A stretch of 58,138 bases of DNA, the filler included, from Sphacelaria rigidula (Eukaryota), in NCBI GenBank assembly GCA_964200075.2. It is 7 parts of 7 records of this genome, joined end to end, with 100 filler letters (N's around TTAATTAATTAA, not from the genome) between each part and the next. Parts side by side here need not be neighbours in the genome. Positions count along the whole stretch, not along the records: positions 33,281 to 41,500 come from CAXNAA020011873.1; positions 41,601 to 49,819 come from CAXNAA020011874.1; 5 more parts are not named here. One strand, given 5' to 3'. Position 1 is the first letter of the stretch; every line of letters begins with the position of its first letter. Under the pieces are notes generated by a model. The model saw only the letters and a program-made list of their open reading frames with translations, had not been told where the DNA came from and made no database searches. The translations under genes and the position numbers were made by a program. Below, piece by piece: positions 34,830 through 48,161 of this stretch.

Positions 34830-37800
34830 CTGCACGGTATTGTTTGTGAGGGAGGATAGGGGTGGGGTTTCGCGAGTTGTTGGTGGGCATCACCCGATCG
34901 AATGCGAGGAGTTGGTCAGCGGGCGGCTCTCCTGTGTCGTGTGATACGTAACGTTTCACAGCAAGGCTTGGGGAAGGTGGGATCAAACGCATTGTGCAAC
35001 AGACATACTCATACTAATGCGACACGGCAGGCTGTCGAAGGCAAACGAGAGCTAGCTACAGCAGTCCACAAAACCCAATACCAAAACACATTTCGATATT
35101 CAACCTGCTGTGTATCTGCCCTGAAATCTAGCCGTTACTTAATAGCAACCACCAGCTCGACTACATGCAGCCCCGCACAACGTGTACCAGGAATACCCGC
35201 AACAACCCACTGATTATAAAAATTATGAGGAAAATCGAAGCAGTCGGCGTAGTAAAAAACACATGCGTGCGTAGGGCGAAGTCACCTGTTCCCTTTTCGG
35301 ATGTCGCGCAAGACCAACTGTGGCGAACATATCCCCCAGATGGTAGAACAGAGGGGTATCATTCAATTCCCAGGACACAGCTCTCAGCAATGACTCCGCC
35401 CGAGCCCCCGCCACGAGTCTCGGTCTTGTCGTTGTTGCCGTCGTTGTTGTTTTGGGCACGGCAGCAGTAGCGCTCAGCAACGGTGGTGGGCAATCCCTGT
35501 CAATGTCGAGCATCGGATCCTGATCAACCCGAGCATTATTACTACTACTGCTGCTGCTGCTGCTGCTGTCTTGCCACTCGCGGCGAAGACCAGGCGCCGA
35601 CTCAGAAGCGACCCGACTGTGCCCTTGCTCATGACCCCCGCCCTCTGGCTCTGGTGGTGGTGGTGGTGATGTTGGCTCGAGAGCAGAAGCAAAAAAATCG
35701 CCGCTGCTGTCATTACACGTTTGTCCAATGGTACCGCCGAAGGACGACACTACAGATGATGTGGGCCCATGCTTACCCTGCCTCTCAGACACGCCCGCCT
35801 CCGCCGCCGCCGCCGCGCTCTCTGACGGTGGTTTCGATTCCTCCACAGGTAGACAACCATTGATCCAACGGTTCGGCGAACCATTCGATGGCTCTTCCAT
35901 GCTTGGTGTGGCGAGAGTGGTGGTGGATACCAACGATGCCAGAGCGATCGCTCGCTCTACCCACGCCTCGTCGTGTAAAGGCCCGCTCCAGATCGGCCCT
36001 CCTAACATCAGCGCACCCCCAGTTTCGGGGCAGGTACCGCCTGGACCAGGAAAATCCGCCGCCACCTTCATCGTTGCGTCGTCGCCCACACAAGGGGGCA
36101 TCTGCTGCCTCTGCTGCTGCAATCGATCGACTTCGCCCTGTGTGTGCTGTTTCTCGCTTGCTGCTCTTGTCCCATCCCCGAGACTAGACGCCGACACTGA
36201 CATTGCTGCTGTCGACTCTGTGAGCGCCTCTTGCTCGGACTCACTCCTTCCCCTCAGAGACCGCGTGCCCGTGGCGGAGGGCAGCATTTTCGGGACTGGT
36301 TGATTTGTTGCGGCAGCTGTTTTCTGCCCTATCGAAGAATTTCCTTCTCGATGAGATTTCGATGTTTTTTTTGCGGGGATAGCCGGCAGAAGAAAAAAGC
36401 TGGGGCACATTTCGGATTGAAGCACATACGAAACGTGGTTCCGCGCCGATATCAGGGCCTCCTTGGGGGAGCGGAAAACGCGCACGAAAACGCGTACATA
36501 GTGGTCGACCGCCACGCTGAGGACAGGTTTGATGCTACGACGATGACGACCCGCGGCAGCCGATGTTGCATGCAGCAGGATGCGGAGCGACATTTCGTCG
36601 TGATAACCAGCTCTGGTTGGTATGCTGCCGTAGCGGGAGTAGGCCACCGCCGGCTGTTGTTTTTCGGTTGTTGTTGTTTGACGAGGGGGTGGCGACGGAG
36701 GAAGCAGTGGACAGGAGGGAGTGGTTGGTTCATGGTGGAGAGTGAACGAATAGTTGCTGCTGCATCATTGCAGCTGGTTGAGATATCCCGTGTGCTTCAA
36801 TCGTCTTCGGCATGCGGTGGCAGACGGGAGCGGGGTGGATATATGAATGTAAGGCGGGGTTGGGAAATAAGGTGGGGTTGGGAAATAAGGCGTTCGGCCG
36901 AGTTACCTCGATACACACCGTTGTCGACTTCCTTGATTTGTTTTGTTCATTTGCGGATTGATAATCAATCACAACCACCGACTTCTCGCCGCTCTTGGGC
37001 AAAAATGAACAAAACAAATTAATGAAGTCGACAATACGGCGGCGAACAAATCACCCGTGGAGCGAAGTACGACACCTTATTCATGAGAAACAGCGGATGA
37101 TATTCATTACACAGACCGAGTATAGAGTCTATACCGGTGTTCGTGACGTAGCTCAACCTGCGATCCGCTCAGGATAGGCATGTCGGTAGACGTGATGCAA
37201 AGGAGGCCACCGTCGGTCACGGCCTCTACTGCCGCGTCCAAGTATCCCGCTGCACACCCGTAAGGATCAATATCGATAACGTCGTAAGTTCCCAGACCTC
37301 CCGACCTGGCAGCGTACATGGTGTCCAGGGCGTCGCCGTGATGTATCTCCAGTTTGTCCCCTGCCCCGCATGCATCCGCAGCTCGTCTACAGTGCAAGGC
37401 ACGCAGATGCCAACATCAAACATAACTCGGTTATCATTGGGGGGGGGGGGCAGTGGGAGGAACGAACAAACGTCGTCGTCCGCGTCTTCGCCGCGACTCG
37501 TACAGCGCAGTGCCAAGGCTTTTCATTCGTCTCTCCGGAGCGAGAGAACTGTCACCAAGACCTCGCCTCAACTCAAAAATACTTGATGTGAGCTAGGACA
37601 GCTCAACATACAACTGTAGTTGCGCAGCTGCATGTTGTACGGCGATGCTCTTTCTACGACACTTGTCGTTCTGAAGACGCATCGTACGGGTACCACCCCG
37701 GTGGACAGGAAGATGCGATATCCTGACGTCATCTCGCATGAGTGAAAAAAAATACCTCGGTATTATCGCAGGATCTGCAGTGCTGACGCTCGACACTTGT

Positions 37801-38393
37801 ACTCGTATATAGATTGGCCTTTGGTGGCGTTTCGCATCATTCCCGACTCGCCATCACATCTGAGATGACCCGTGAACTTTGAAAAAACAACAGGTTTTTT
37901 TTATCTCCCCATCCGAGCCTATGCAAAACCCAGGGTACGGGATCACGCAGGAGATGGACACACAAACAGAGAAGCTTATCAAGTGTGTGTGTTGATACCA
38001 CCATATATAGGGGAGGGGGGGGGGAGTGCACTCATTTGCTGCTTGCCTTAGTCGTTTGACCATTGACCACGCATCCCTTTCGAGACGGAGCATCGTTCCT
38101 ACTCCTAATAGAGACACGTTCAACATCTCGGTGCTCATTACGTTTTTTTCTCATGGAAAAAATACATATCTTATCCCCATCCTGTTTCGCCGTGTGTGGC
38201 CACCATCCATCTCCTAGTGCAGCCATCGTTTTCTCGCTACTGTCTAATGCATCAGACGAGCTCATATCATACAGGGGGGCGGGGCGGGGGGAATCCTGCA
38301 AGTGTCCATCAAGGACAGCTACCTTCTCATATGCAGTTTTTCCCGTCGTCAACAGCTTTCTGAGCCGCACACGAACATGCGCATACACATCCG

Positions 38394-38437
<44 letters not shown>

Positions 38438-40131
38438 AACACAAACACACACACACACTCACCGCATCATGTCTATCGCCGATAGGTCGTGATCATTCGC
38501 CACGACCCTCCGTACTCCAGGCACCTCGGTTAGATACCTTTGGGGGCACGCATTGTGAAGACATCCAAGAAAGGCGGGCGCTTTAGATGGCAGGGAAGCG
38601 TACACCTTGTAGTGTCGCTGAATGCAGCATCATTTCTGCGGCGTCTTTTGAAAAAAGTTTGGCAGAGGCTTTTGGTCGACATGCCATGTGCGAGCGCGGC
38701 GGAACTCCCCAAACAAGCCTATCGCGACGCACGGGTTTTTGTAAGTCTATACAACGTTTTTTTTAATTTTCTTTCTTTTTCTTTTTCACTTGTATCGCGT
38801 CTGTGTGAATTTTTTTCTGGGTCCTATTGTATTTTGTACTTTCTTTTACCCTATGTCGGGGTAGTTAGCCTATGACCACGGAAGGCGTCCGTATCAGATG
38901 CCCAGTACAGAGTACTGCGCAGATATCGGAACGATTTTGAAAGTGAAGACAGCAACAACAACAACGACAACGACGACATGCGACGTTTTGCGTCGTGGTT
39001 CTATTCGGGGGTACAACAGGGCGCTGCCGACCACAAAACCACCGTGAACACGGCAATGGGAGGCAATCTTGACCAGTGCCTGATGCACGCGGTTCGTACC
39101 TCTCACGGTCCGGACGAATCATCGCAGGTTCGAAGAAATAAAATCCACGGTATTTCAGGCCTGGTTGCTTGAAAGAGAGAAAAAAAAGTCGACCGCCGGT
39201 CAAAAAAAGCCTCGACGCAATTTTCGCGCCATTACACGTGCCTGGGCTGTGCGTACCTGGGTTGCAAGGCTGAAAGCAAAGCCTAAGGATTGATTTGTAC
39301 GGTACAAATCAATTACACTAGAATCAAGTAATTTTCAGAGGTATCATTAATTCATCCGACCCTTGGTACCTTTCCCTTTTGATGCACCTCGACTGGTATC
39401 ACAGAGGACAACACTCCCTGCACGTGCCGCCAGACCTCGAAAGCCCCATGGTTGGTCGATAGTCATGCAAAATAAAAATGCGTGACTACCAACGTCGTTA
39501 CTCGTGCAGAGTTGAAAAGGATTCTGTCCTCCGAAAACTCGGAATGCCATCGTGTACGTACTTCTTCTCCCGTACCTTAGCGCTCGTACACCACTAGCAG
39601 CGAAAGCATCGAGCACGACCAAGCCGTTGCGTTCGGTACCATCTCCTGCGTTAGTTCGTGCCCCGCTACTATCTTCACCGACAGAGGCAGCGGTGGTGGC
39701 CTCCACCGCGTTTTTGGTCTTCCTAGTTCGTCCGGAAGCGGCCATCCGTTCCTCGGCCAAAACATTCGCCATCAGCACACTCAGGTCGCGGCTGATGGCC
39801 CCCACTCTATTGTAGAACACACCCGCACTACTGTTGCCCGTCGTGGATTTGAGGCGTTCGCCTCCCGCCAGCCGCTCTGCTACGTCTTCGGCTCCTGCGA
39901 AACTGTGCTGTTGCTGTTGGGGCTGTTGTGGGCCGCTGAAGTCCTCGACGGTCGTCGTCGCTCCGCGAGAGTCATCTAGTTCGACAAAAGGAGACACGCG
40001 AGAACTACGGTCACCGGAACGTGGGCGGTACGGAGGTAGGCGAGAACGAACAGCGATGTGTACTCACCTCGAGCGCAAAAATATCCGCAGACAGGAGTAG
40101 GCGCTGTCGGTCTCACCCTTGAGACTACCAT
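34482..40131 (-). CDS. TRM1: tRNA (guanine26-N2)-dimethyltransferase Trm1; six-exon gene model, 827 aa
   Basis: Exons 40131-40068, 39975-39576, 38537-38463, 37386-37158, 36653-35286 and 34829-34482 have GT-AG boundaries with matching phases and sum to 2484 nt. Trm1 motifs: [76 protein letters not shown]. Confidence 0.93.
35286..36653 (-). CDS. TRM1: TRM1 exon 5 (1368 nt, with long low-complexity insertions)
   Basis: YSRYG...EMSLRILL...[19 protein letters not shown]...[17 protein letters not shown]...[11 protein letters not shown]; open throughout, with CAG acceptor and GTGACT donor. Confidence 0.9.
37158..37386 (-). CDS. TRM1: TRM1 exon 4
   Basis: [14 protein letters not shown]...[43 protein letters not shown]. 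Confidence 0.93.
38395..38458. repeat. (CA)n microsatellite in TRM1 intron 3
   Basis: Read directly from the sequence. Confidence 0.95.
38463..38537 (-). CDS. TRM1: TRM1 exon 3 (75 nt, not in the ORF track)
   Basis: AAG acceptor, then (R)[25 protein letters not shown], then GTGAGT donor; phases match both neighbouring exons. Confidence 0.9.
39576..39975 (-). CDS. TRM1: TRM1 exon 2
   Basis: Encodes [17 protein letters not shown] and the SAM-binding motif [14 protein letters not shown]; followed by donor GTACGG. Confidence 0.9.
40068..40131 (-). CDS. TRM1: TRM1 exon 1 (putative start, [21 protein letters not shown])
   Basis: ATG at 40131 and GTGAGT donor at 40067. The phase-1 end joins exon 2 in frame across a 92-nt intron. 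There is no homology support, so this is the least certain exon. Confidence 0.6.
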
Positions 40132-43100
40132 ATCTTGTTGTCAGCGAGCACTGCGGTACGTTGGTTGAAACTATTGGTTTTGATCTAGATAAGGTTTGCC
40201 TCTGGGGGGGGGGGGAGGGGAAGTTGCATGTAAATGGCACTATATGATACCAAATTGCGCGCAATTGGTGAAGCGCGTAAAAAAACGCCAATTTTCACTC
40301 GGACGTCTTCAGGGATATCAACTGAGGACGTGTGTTACATCAATACCATACCCTCGTAGCTTGAGCAGTCAGAGCGCGCAACCAGGAAACAGGCGGCAAA
40401 CGCAATCGTAGCCTCCGCAGAATCGGTGCCCTACCGACGTATTTATGTTTCCCGTTTTATGTGCCCATCGCCGTCAGAGTAAAAATATACCTTCGCAATA
40501 AGCGGGCCGCTTCGGGAAACTGACGACCCTGCGTAGGTGATGTACAGTATGATGCCTTGCGCGCTCCATGAGCTCACATGGACATCGCCAGCCCACGCGA
40601 GAGGGGTGGGTACGCAGAAGGGGATATCTTCTCCTTCGCGTTTTTTTCAGCAGTGGTTCCGTGAGTCGTTTATTACACTACTGCCAGTGGTGTGGTCAGA
40701 GCGTGCAATGTATCATGCATGGGCGTGTTTACTATATCTGGTCGTACGGCACTGTACGGTCCTATGAATAGTTATCGTTGCTGTACCTGAGTACTGACTG
40801 TATCATAGATCGTGATGGCACATAGTAATCCCACCAAGACGAATTAATCAACGACCGCTGACGCATTTTCTATTACCGTACTGCATGATACATACACGTA
40901 CTGTTACCTGTATTGTAGCAGAGCCGTGTTTCATCCCAACGGCGATAGGCGCATCAAACGGGGGACTCCAATCACCACAACAGACTCGCCCAGAAAAGGC
41001 AAAAAAACTGGGTGTCAAAAACGATTCAGTGCGGAGTGCTGATAGACTCGGAAATGTTGCGTTTGGGTAGAGAATGCGGAGTTGATCGCTGCATCAGTGA
41101 AATAACAAACAACGGGCGGAGAACCGATTCTCCGGGCGCCATGGTTGCAATCGCTACGGACTTCCTCGTCGCGCGCTCTGACTGTGCGTCTGTGTTGTCA
41201 TCCCATCTATTCTTGACGCCAGTCTACACCATTCGGTATATGTGGGCGCATCAGCCAAGATCACACAGGAGTTTTCTTCCCTCTTTTGTTTTAGTGCTCC
41301 ACCTTCCTTCTGCAGTGCTTGCCTAATTTTTATCGCAAGAAGGCTTCAGTGGTCGCTTTCCCTCGTCGACCGTGAAAGGCTCGATTCTGTGTTAGGGAAG
41401 AATCGATGTTTTGTGCAGAAGCGGGAAGAATTTTCCCAGATGTTTATAGTGGTTGCAGTATCTAGAAGCCATTTCAGAACACATTGACATGCAAGATTGC
41501 NNNNNNNNNNNNNNNNNNNNNNNNNNNNNNNNNNNNNNNNNNNNTTAATTAATTAANNNNNNNNNNNNNNNNNNNNNNNNNNNNNNNNNNNNNNNNNNNN
41601 CCCCGCCAGAAAGGGGCGGGGGGTCAACAGACACCCACCGAAGGAAAGAAAAAAAGGGGAACCCCCCCCCCCCCCCCCCCCACTTTCCCCCTTGAGGATT
41701 GGCGTCGGTTGGCAATGACGCTGTAAAGCACGCCCCTTCCTGCGAAAGCTAGACAACCAGGGTACCGTTTCTTTGCCCTTGCCTTTTTTTTTTGCGGTAA
41801 CCGTGATGGTGGTCGAGCTAGATGATATTGTGCGGGGGGGGAATCTCAACTCCGCGCGAAGGGAATGATCGTACTACGCAGTGTTCAGATGATGAAACAC
41901 CCATGAGGCGGTGTCGAACCCGCGGCTGTCTCTGGAAGTAGCGATACCAGGAAGGAAGCAACTTCTTGGAGGCTGTCATCCGTATGCAAGATATTTAGTA
42001 CGCTTCAGCTCGAACGATCTTACCAGAAATAGCTCACCCTTCATACAACTCGCCGAACACATGACGGCGCTTCGCGCTTGGTGACTGCGAGCCGGTAAAG
42101 AAAACCCGGCGTGCACCGTGCCGGCTTTGCAGGAATGCGAGGACAACGATCATATGCAGTCTTGCGAAAAAAAAAAAAAGAACATTTGTTTCGCAACAGA
42201 ATCGTAGCTCGTTTCATCCCCTCGCACACTGCTGCAATGCCCAACCCCAGATCTAGACGCATGGGCTTGGTGATTGTGACCTGCATGACATGTTATCGAA
42301 GTTTCAGCCCATAGTAGTTTCGGCCCGTAGCAGCGACGACAGCGCGCGCACGACCGTGCCTCCTGCCCTAAGCATCTCCACAGTGGATACCGGAATGACT
42401 TTTCTACAGATTGTCATTATCCAGAGGGTGTGCCAGTACTAATCTATGTTCGTTCAACATTCTACCCTCCCAGGAGGTCATGGTATAGAAGTGAGTGCAC
42501 TACCGTGTCCACATATGCTTTCACTCACGGTAAACGTAATCTGGGCTGCGAGATGACCGTTTTGAGGGCCTATCGCCGGTACATCGACATTTGCTCAGTT
42601 GAATTTGCTCGTTTGTCGAAAGGGGCCGAAACGTGGTGTACATAATGCCTGTGTTGTGTCCAACTAGTGTACCAAATTTCATGATGGTGCCTATGCCCAC
42701 GGTCGAGAAATGCGCGAGCATATTTTCCGTACATAAGTGCAATGATTTTTGTATGCTGGCCAAGTGCGGGCAGTCACAAATACAGGGCGGGCATTCTGGA
42801 CCTTTGTTTTTCGCGCAAGACTGTTAACTACGGCATGCAAGATCACGAGTACACCCTCTCCTTTCATTCCTCATTTTTCCTTGCATTTCTGATGGGCCTT
42901 TAACGATCAGTGCTGTGCTCTTGGGTCTGTGTCTGGAGGTATGCGTGTTCACCCGCAGCGGCGCCTTTTGCCCGTGTCCCCCCCAGCCGCTACCAGCGCC
43001 ATCTGAGCGGTGATCAAAACAGCGGTCATTCCTCCTCGGGCATGTATCGCCCCCCCCCCACGAGGATGTGCTTCTCTGTTGTGTCACTGTCAATCCATTT

Positions 43101-43142
43101 TTGACGCTTCTTGATGTTCGTACGTGCCCGTGAATGTGTCAG

Positions 43143-43228
43143 ATATTACTGGGCGGTGGAGATTCTTTCTCTGCTGGAGGTCCCGGGAAAGGAATGTACT
43201 CCCGCCTGTACCGGGAGGTGTTGAACAG
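43143..43228 (+). CDS. MPPA: alpha-MPP exon (glycine-rich loop)
   Basis: [28 protein letters not shown](R) between a CAG acceptor and a GTGCGA donor. Confidence 0.93.
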
Positions 43229-46200
43229 GTGCGAGAGTGAGGAGGAATCCGTGCACGTATGCAGCTTCTGTCACGTACACAGAGGAAACGCCGGGCAGGG
43301 AACTGAATGTGAAACGGCCAATCATTCAATCAACGAGCCAATCAACCAATCAACCAATCAACAATCAATTTACCGATTCAGTGATTGGTTGAGGAAATGG
43401 CAAGAGTGCCCACGAATACTAATCGAGATTTCTGTGTAAAAGACGAAGATTGAGACCAGGAACAACAAACGTGCACGGCACTGACTGAATGTATAAAAAA
43501 CTGCTACCAACTGCAAAACAAGAGTCCCAAGGATGATAAAAGGACAGAAATATTCGAAAGAAGCATCTACATTATTTCACCATCCCCGTGTCGAGTTACA
43601 GAGTACCATGTACGTAAAAAGCCTTGCTGTTTTCGGGTTGACTGTTCTTTGGTTGTGTTTTGAAACACCCCACAAGCCCACGAGTACTCCCCGACCCGCC
43701 CGCTGAAAGCCATAAGCCGATTAACTGGAACCCCCCCCCCCGGCTGGTGAGGGGGCCCGGCGGGAGCGCCGCCGGAGGCGAGAAAAAATGCGGTTGTTGG
43801 CTTGAGGTAGCGCCCATGATTGTTGGCCCTATCTGCCATCACAAGATGCGACGCACATTGGGCGCAAATTGACGGCGTAGATAGTTGCGTCTAGGTTTTG
43901 AGCAAGCATTGCAGAGCATTGTGGTATTTGTCTGGTCTTGTTCTTGTCGTGGAAGTGTGATGTGCAATGTTTTGCCGAAACCTATAAATATAACTTGGCC
44001 TTACTTGTCTCCGAAGGTGAGCGACAAATTAAAGCTCCATGAACACGAATTTTTATTTCATTTTTATTTCATTTTTCTTTCATTTTTCTTAATTTTAAAT
44101 GATGTATATGATTTAGTACCCCCTACCCACCCGAAAGACTGCAGGATTCAAAAAGGGGCGTAGGGTCTCGGATTGTTTTTTGGGGGGCACTCTCGGATGA
44201 CATTCAAATCCCATTCAAAGCGGTGAGCGATTCGAAAACCATTCATCTCATATATGCAGCAGCAGACTCTCCGTGAGGAGAGAAGGATGCAAACAAGCCA
44301 AGGCTGGCAACACGCGGGGATAAGAGCGCAAAATGATTGACGTCCGGACCCACGAGCACGCATGCAGTTGAATTGGAAGCCATGGTGTACTTTGTATTTT
44401 GTGGTCGCGGATTACTGTTTGTTTGTGTGCTATTTTTTATTCCAGATGTATGTTGTGCTATGAAACGACAAACCTGGCATATTATCCGCAATATCACTTC
44501 AAGGTGTAGTGACCACGAGTATTGTACTGTACTGTGAGTACCTGTACTGTTGTCAGGTGCAAACCCCAGTCCTATAATTGTTATTTTGTTCGTCATCATG
44601 TAAGCATCTTTGTTATAAACAAACCGTACTAAAAATGGCATAAACATAGCCGGTAACGGCAAACTTCAAATGAACTGCATAAACTGGAGTCCTCATCACC
44701 AGTTCTAGTTGAACTCCAGTTCCAGTTTAACTGCCAGTACAAACTGGTCCAGTTCACAGCCCTACCTTTTGTTGTTTCTCCTCGGGACCGTCGTCGAAAC
44801 TAATGTTCCGAGACGAAGCTCGTAACGAGAGAGGTAACTGTACGGATGTTTTGTCCGTCAGCGAACTCACCAATGTTCCCTTTCCACCCTTTTCCCCGTG
44901 CTGCCCTCTACCGTGGGTATTAGATACTACTGGGCGGAAGCAGCCGAGGCTTTCAATATGATCCAAGACGAGACGGGGTTGCTGGGGATATCGGGAGCGG
45001 TGTTGGAAAGGGGGAGGGCGGGACAGTTGATGCACGTGTTTTGCCAACACTTCGCGACGCTTGCGACGGTGCCGGTGAGGGTATCGGGTAGAGCAGGGTT
45101 GGGCCGTTTTACTGTATTTGTGTGGTTTGTTTGTATCTTCCTGTACCTTTTTTTTAGTTTCGTTGAGTTTCGTTTCGATCTCTTCTAGTTTTCCCTCTTT
45201 CCCCCCCCCCCCCTTCTTCAATCACTATTTGTCCTTCTGCGATAGTCTTGCTATTTATCTCTCACCTCGAGGACTCTCTGAATCCCTGACTACTTGCTCA
45301 ATCGTGAGTCCCTGTGTGTTCCACATGCGAACATTTCGCGGGTTGATGTCATCCATGTACCACACCTGCGGTGAACATCCCAAAAATATACGCAGTCGAA
45401 GGGCTAACGGGCGTCATTACCCTGCCCCCCCCCCCCCCGTACTGACGGAGAGCCTGGTCTGGCGGAAACCCAGCGTGCTCCACCCCTGCTTTGTAGAGAT
45501 GCAGGGTCATTGGTCTGATGACTACAGCATGCGTGGTCATGAGTATACCCCCGTAGTGATGTATATTTCTTTTGCCGAGCGAGCCATCCTAGCATATTGA
45601 GATCAGTTGATGCCCGATTATCTGCATTAGTCCCGTTAATGTCGTCAACATTCCCAGTTTTGTCTTTTTGTCTTCTATCTCATGCACCTCTCCCTCCCTT
45701 TCCCCGCCCCGCTCCCGGTATGCCGCTCGATGTCATGGCGGTCCCTAGCGCTTCCGTGAAGCAGAACTATCGCTTGTATCGTGTCCGATCCGTTATTTCA
45801 ACTATCGTGTATACGATCTGATGGTAGCTTCCATGGTGGCTCCCGTGGCTTCATCCCGTGTCTTCGAGAAATGATGGTGTCTTTTCGGCTCTCTCCGGTC
45901 ATGTGGCGTATATGATGTTGTGGCTTTCGTGATGACATGGGTATTTAGGGGTTGCAATTTCTATCGCCAGCTTTGTTCTTCCACCGCACGACAGGCGCAG
46001 CAAGCCAAGTTTCTCTGACGTCCGGTTGTCTTGCAAGCTTGATGAGTATCGTTTGTACGGGAGATTATGAAGGAAACAGAGAGCGCCAAAACGCTCGCTT
46101 CTTTCCATGCTGTCTCTTCGATTCATGGATCGACTGATCGATTCGTCGATTCGTGGGTTCATGGACGGACAAGTTTAACTATTCGTCTTACATTGACAGA

Positions 46201-47391
46201 TCCGGTACTGTACGACTCCGACCGTGGTCACAAATAAGTTGTATGCAAACTGGATAAATCGGGGACACTCTCTGAAAAAAACACCTCTAGTAGAAGTTAG
46301 AGGAGAAGAAAAAATATTTCCACAATGTTGAACCGAAGGAAGAAGCGAACACCAGTGGACGGACACGGAGACACCGGACCACGACCGTCGCCTGTATGAC
46401 TCTGTTTTAGGCTTCGCTTTTGCACACTTGAACTGCTAGAGAGTAGACATTACCCCCACCCGAAGATTTATATCACGGTTTGCCACGAAAAATGGATGGT
46501 TCCTTCCATGTCGCGCTCGAATTATATTATTTTTGTTCTTGTTTCGAGATATCGATCATCATGTATAGCTACCGTGACTTGTTTCCTGGTTGTTCGGCAT
46601 GTATATGGTTTCAACATTTGATTGACGCCATGCTTACAGAACGTTATCGTCTCAGTCAGTTTCTTTTTTTTTCACGGGCGACACCAAACGGTTTGTGTGT
46701 GTTTGTGTGTGTTTTCTGTTTCTGGACGAGGATAGGTGACCCAGGAGGAACTGAGCAGGGCGAGGAACATGCTCAAGTGCAACGTTCTCACGCACCTGGA
46801 GTCTAGGCTGGTGCTGTTCGAGGACATCGGTAGACAGATGCTGACTTACGGTCGACGAGAAACTCCCGAGGTGTGTGTTTATGGTTGTGTATGTGCCATA
46901 CTCAAATAAATATGTCGTACTCACGTGTGTCATACTCCAACGCGTTTGCTGTACTCCAGTCAATTGATGTCATTCTCCAGCGCATCCTTGCCATACCCCA
47001 GTGTGTGTGTGCACACACCGCGCGAAGATTATCCAATAGCGTAGGGTTGTGTTGTTGAACGCCGCGAATACTGGTCGGGTGCGTAACTGTCCTCTCCATT
47101 CCTCTCTCTCTTTCGTCCTGCATATATGTTTTTTATCCAGTTATTTTTTTCATTGAACAAACCCTCAACATACATTACTTTTACTCGATGCTGTCATCGC
47201 AGGAAATCTGCGCCAAAATCGACGCGGTGACGGCCGACGATCTCATGACAGTGGCACGGCGAGCGTTGGCGACGCCTCCCACGATATCCGTGGTGGGTAG
47301 CGATCTTGAGGGCGTCCCAACGCATGCAGATGTCTGCTCTTGGTTCAGGCCCGCTGCACCACCAGGAGGCGGGAAGGGCACTGCTGCCTAG
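43143..47391 (+). CDS. MPPA: Mitochondrial processing peptidase alpha subunit (peptidase M16 family), 3' part only, four exons
   Basis: Exons 43143-43228, 44924-45074, 46736-46870 and 47203-47391 splice in frame at GT-AG sites. They include the alpha-MPP glycine-rich loop [20 protein letters not shown] and [31 protein letters not shown]. No upstream exon was found on this contig piece. Confidence 0.92.
44924..45074 (+). CDS. MPPA: alpha-MPP exon
   Basis: (R)[24 protein letters not shown]...[11 protein letters not shown] acceptor, GTGAGG donor. Confidence 0.9.
46736..46870 (+). CDS. MPPA: alpha-MPP exon
   Basis: [45 protein letters not shown]; 135 nt, phase 0 at both ends. Confidence 0.92.
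47203..47391 (+). CDS. MPPA: alpha-MPP terminal exon
   Basis: [32 protein letters not shown]...; ends at TAG. Confidence 0.9.
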   Translation, partial: EICAKIDAVTADDLMTVARRALATPPTISVVGSDLEGVPTHADVCSWFRPAAPPGGGKGTAA

Positions 47392-48118
47392 GGACGTTTT
47401 TTTTTCTTCTTCAAGTTTACATCCGTGGGTGTGCAATGTGCAGTGTTTGAGTGTTTAAACGCACCATGTATCAGCGCAGTGACAAATGTTAGAGTTTGAA
47501 TATATGTTGCCCTGCAAGCGGATGCATGTGCTTTGTGTGTGTTACAGTATGTTTTTTGAGGATAGGAGGGTGCGCTACTATTTCGTTTTGCAATCACAAC
47601 CATAGCAGTTGGAGATTGCAAAGAACGTGGCGGGTAGAGTATACCGGATATTTTGGAATTTTGGAAAATGGAGGTCCTACCCATGCCCACAGCAGCAGTC
47701 AGCCCCGTGCTCTTGTTTCCCTTTCCAAAGCCCATACAAGTCATTGTGAATGACTTAGGAAGGTGATGCGCGACTTTTTAAAAGACCGAAAAATCGGGTA
47801 TATCCCAACCAAGGCGCTCTGGGAGATTTCACGTGTATTCTTATCATGCTGTTGGAGCATGTAACAGTTTCGAGGGGCTTCGGATATTGGCCCGCTCTTT
47901 TGTTTCGACTCACATGAAGACTTCGGGCGCTTGGCTCCGCTGTGGTCGGTTGTCGCAGTGGTTTGGGACCGCCGATCACAAGCCCGAATTGCTTGTACAA
48001 GCACGCGCCACAATAATTGCGGTGGCGTGACGTTTCTTCCTGGATCGGATTGTACTACTGTGGCGCGTGATATTTATGCCGAACGTAGTTAGGTGTATAT
48101 TTAGGGGTGTTCCGTATA

Positions 48119-48122
<4 letters not shown>

Positions 48123-48157
<35 letters not shown>
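48123..48157. repeat. (AT)n microsatellite
   Basis: Read directly from the sequence. Confidence 0.95.

Positions 48158-48161
<4 letters not shown>

Noticed and set aside
35474..37022. Long plus-strand and alternate-frame ORFs overlapping TRM1 exon 5
   Set aside because: These are shadow ORFs of a GC-rich exon with no recognisable motifs.
38032..38454. ORF in TRM1 intron 3 as an extra exon
   Set aside because: Exons 3 and 4 already join in frame with continuous Trm1 homology; the ORF starts in a (TG)n microsatellite and ends in a dispersed repeat.
40131..43143. Apparent head-to-head TRM1 / alpha-MPP pair with a shared promoter
   Set aside because: An artificial linker (41501-41600) lies between them, and the 5' exons of alpha-MPP are absent; they are on different contigs.
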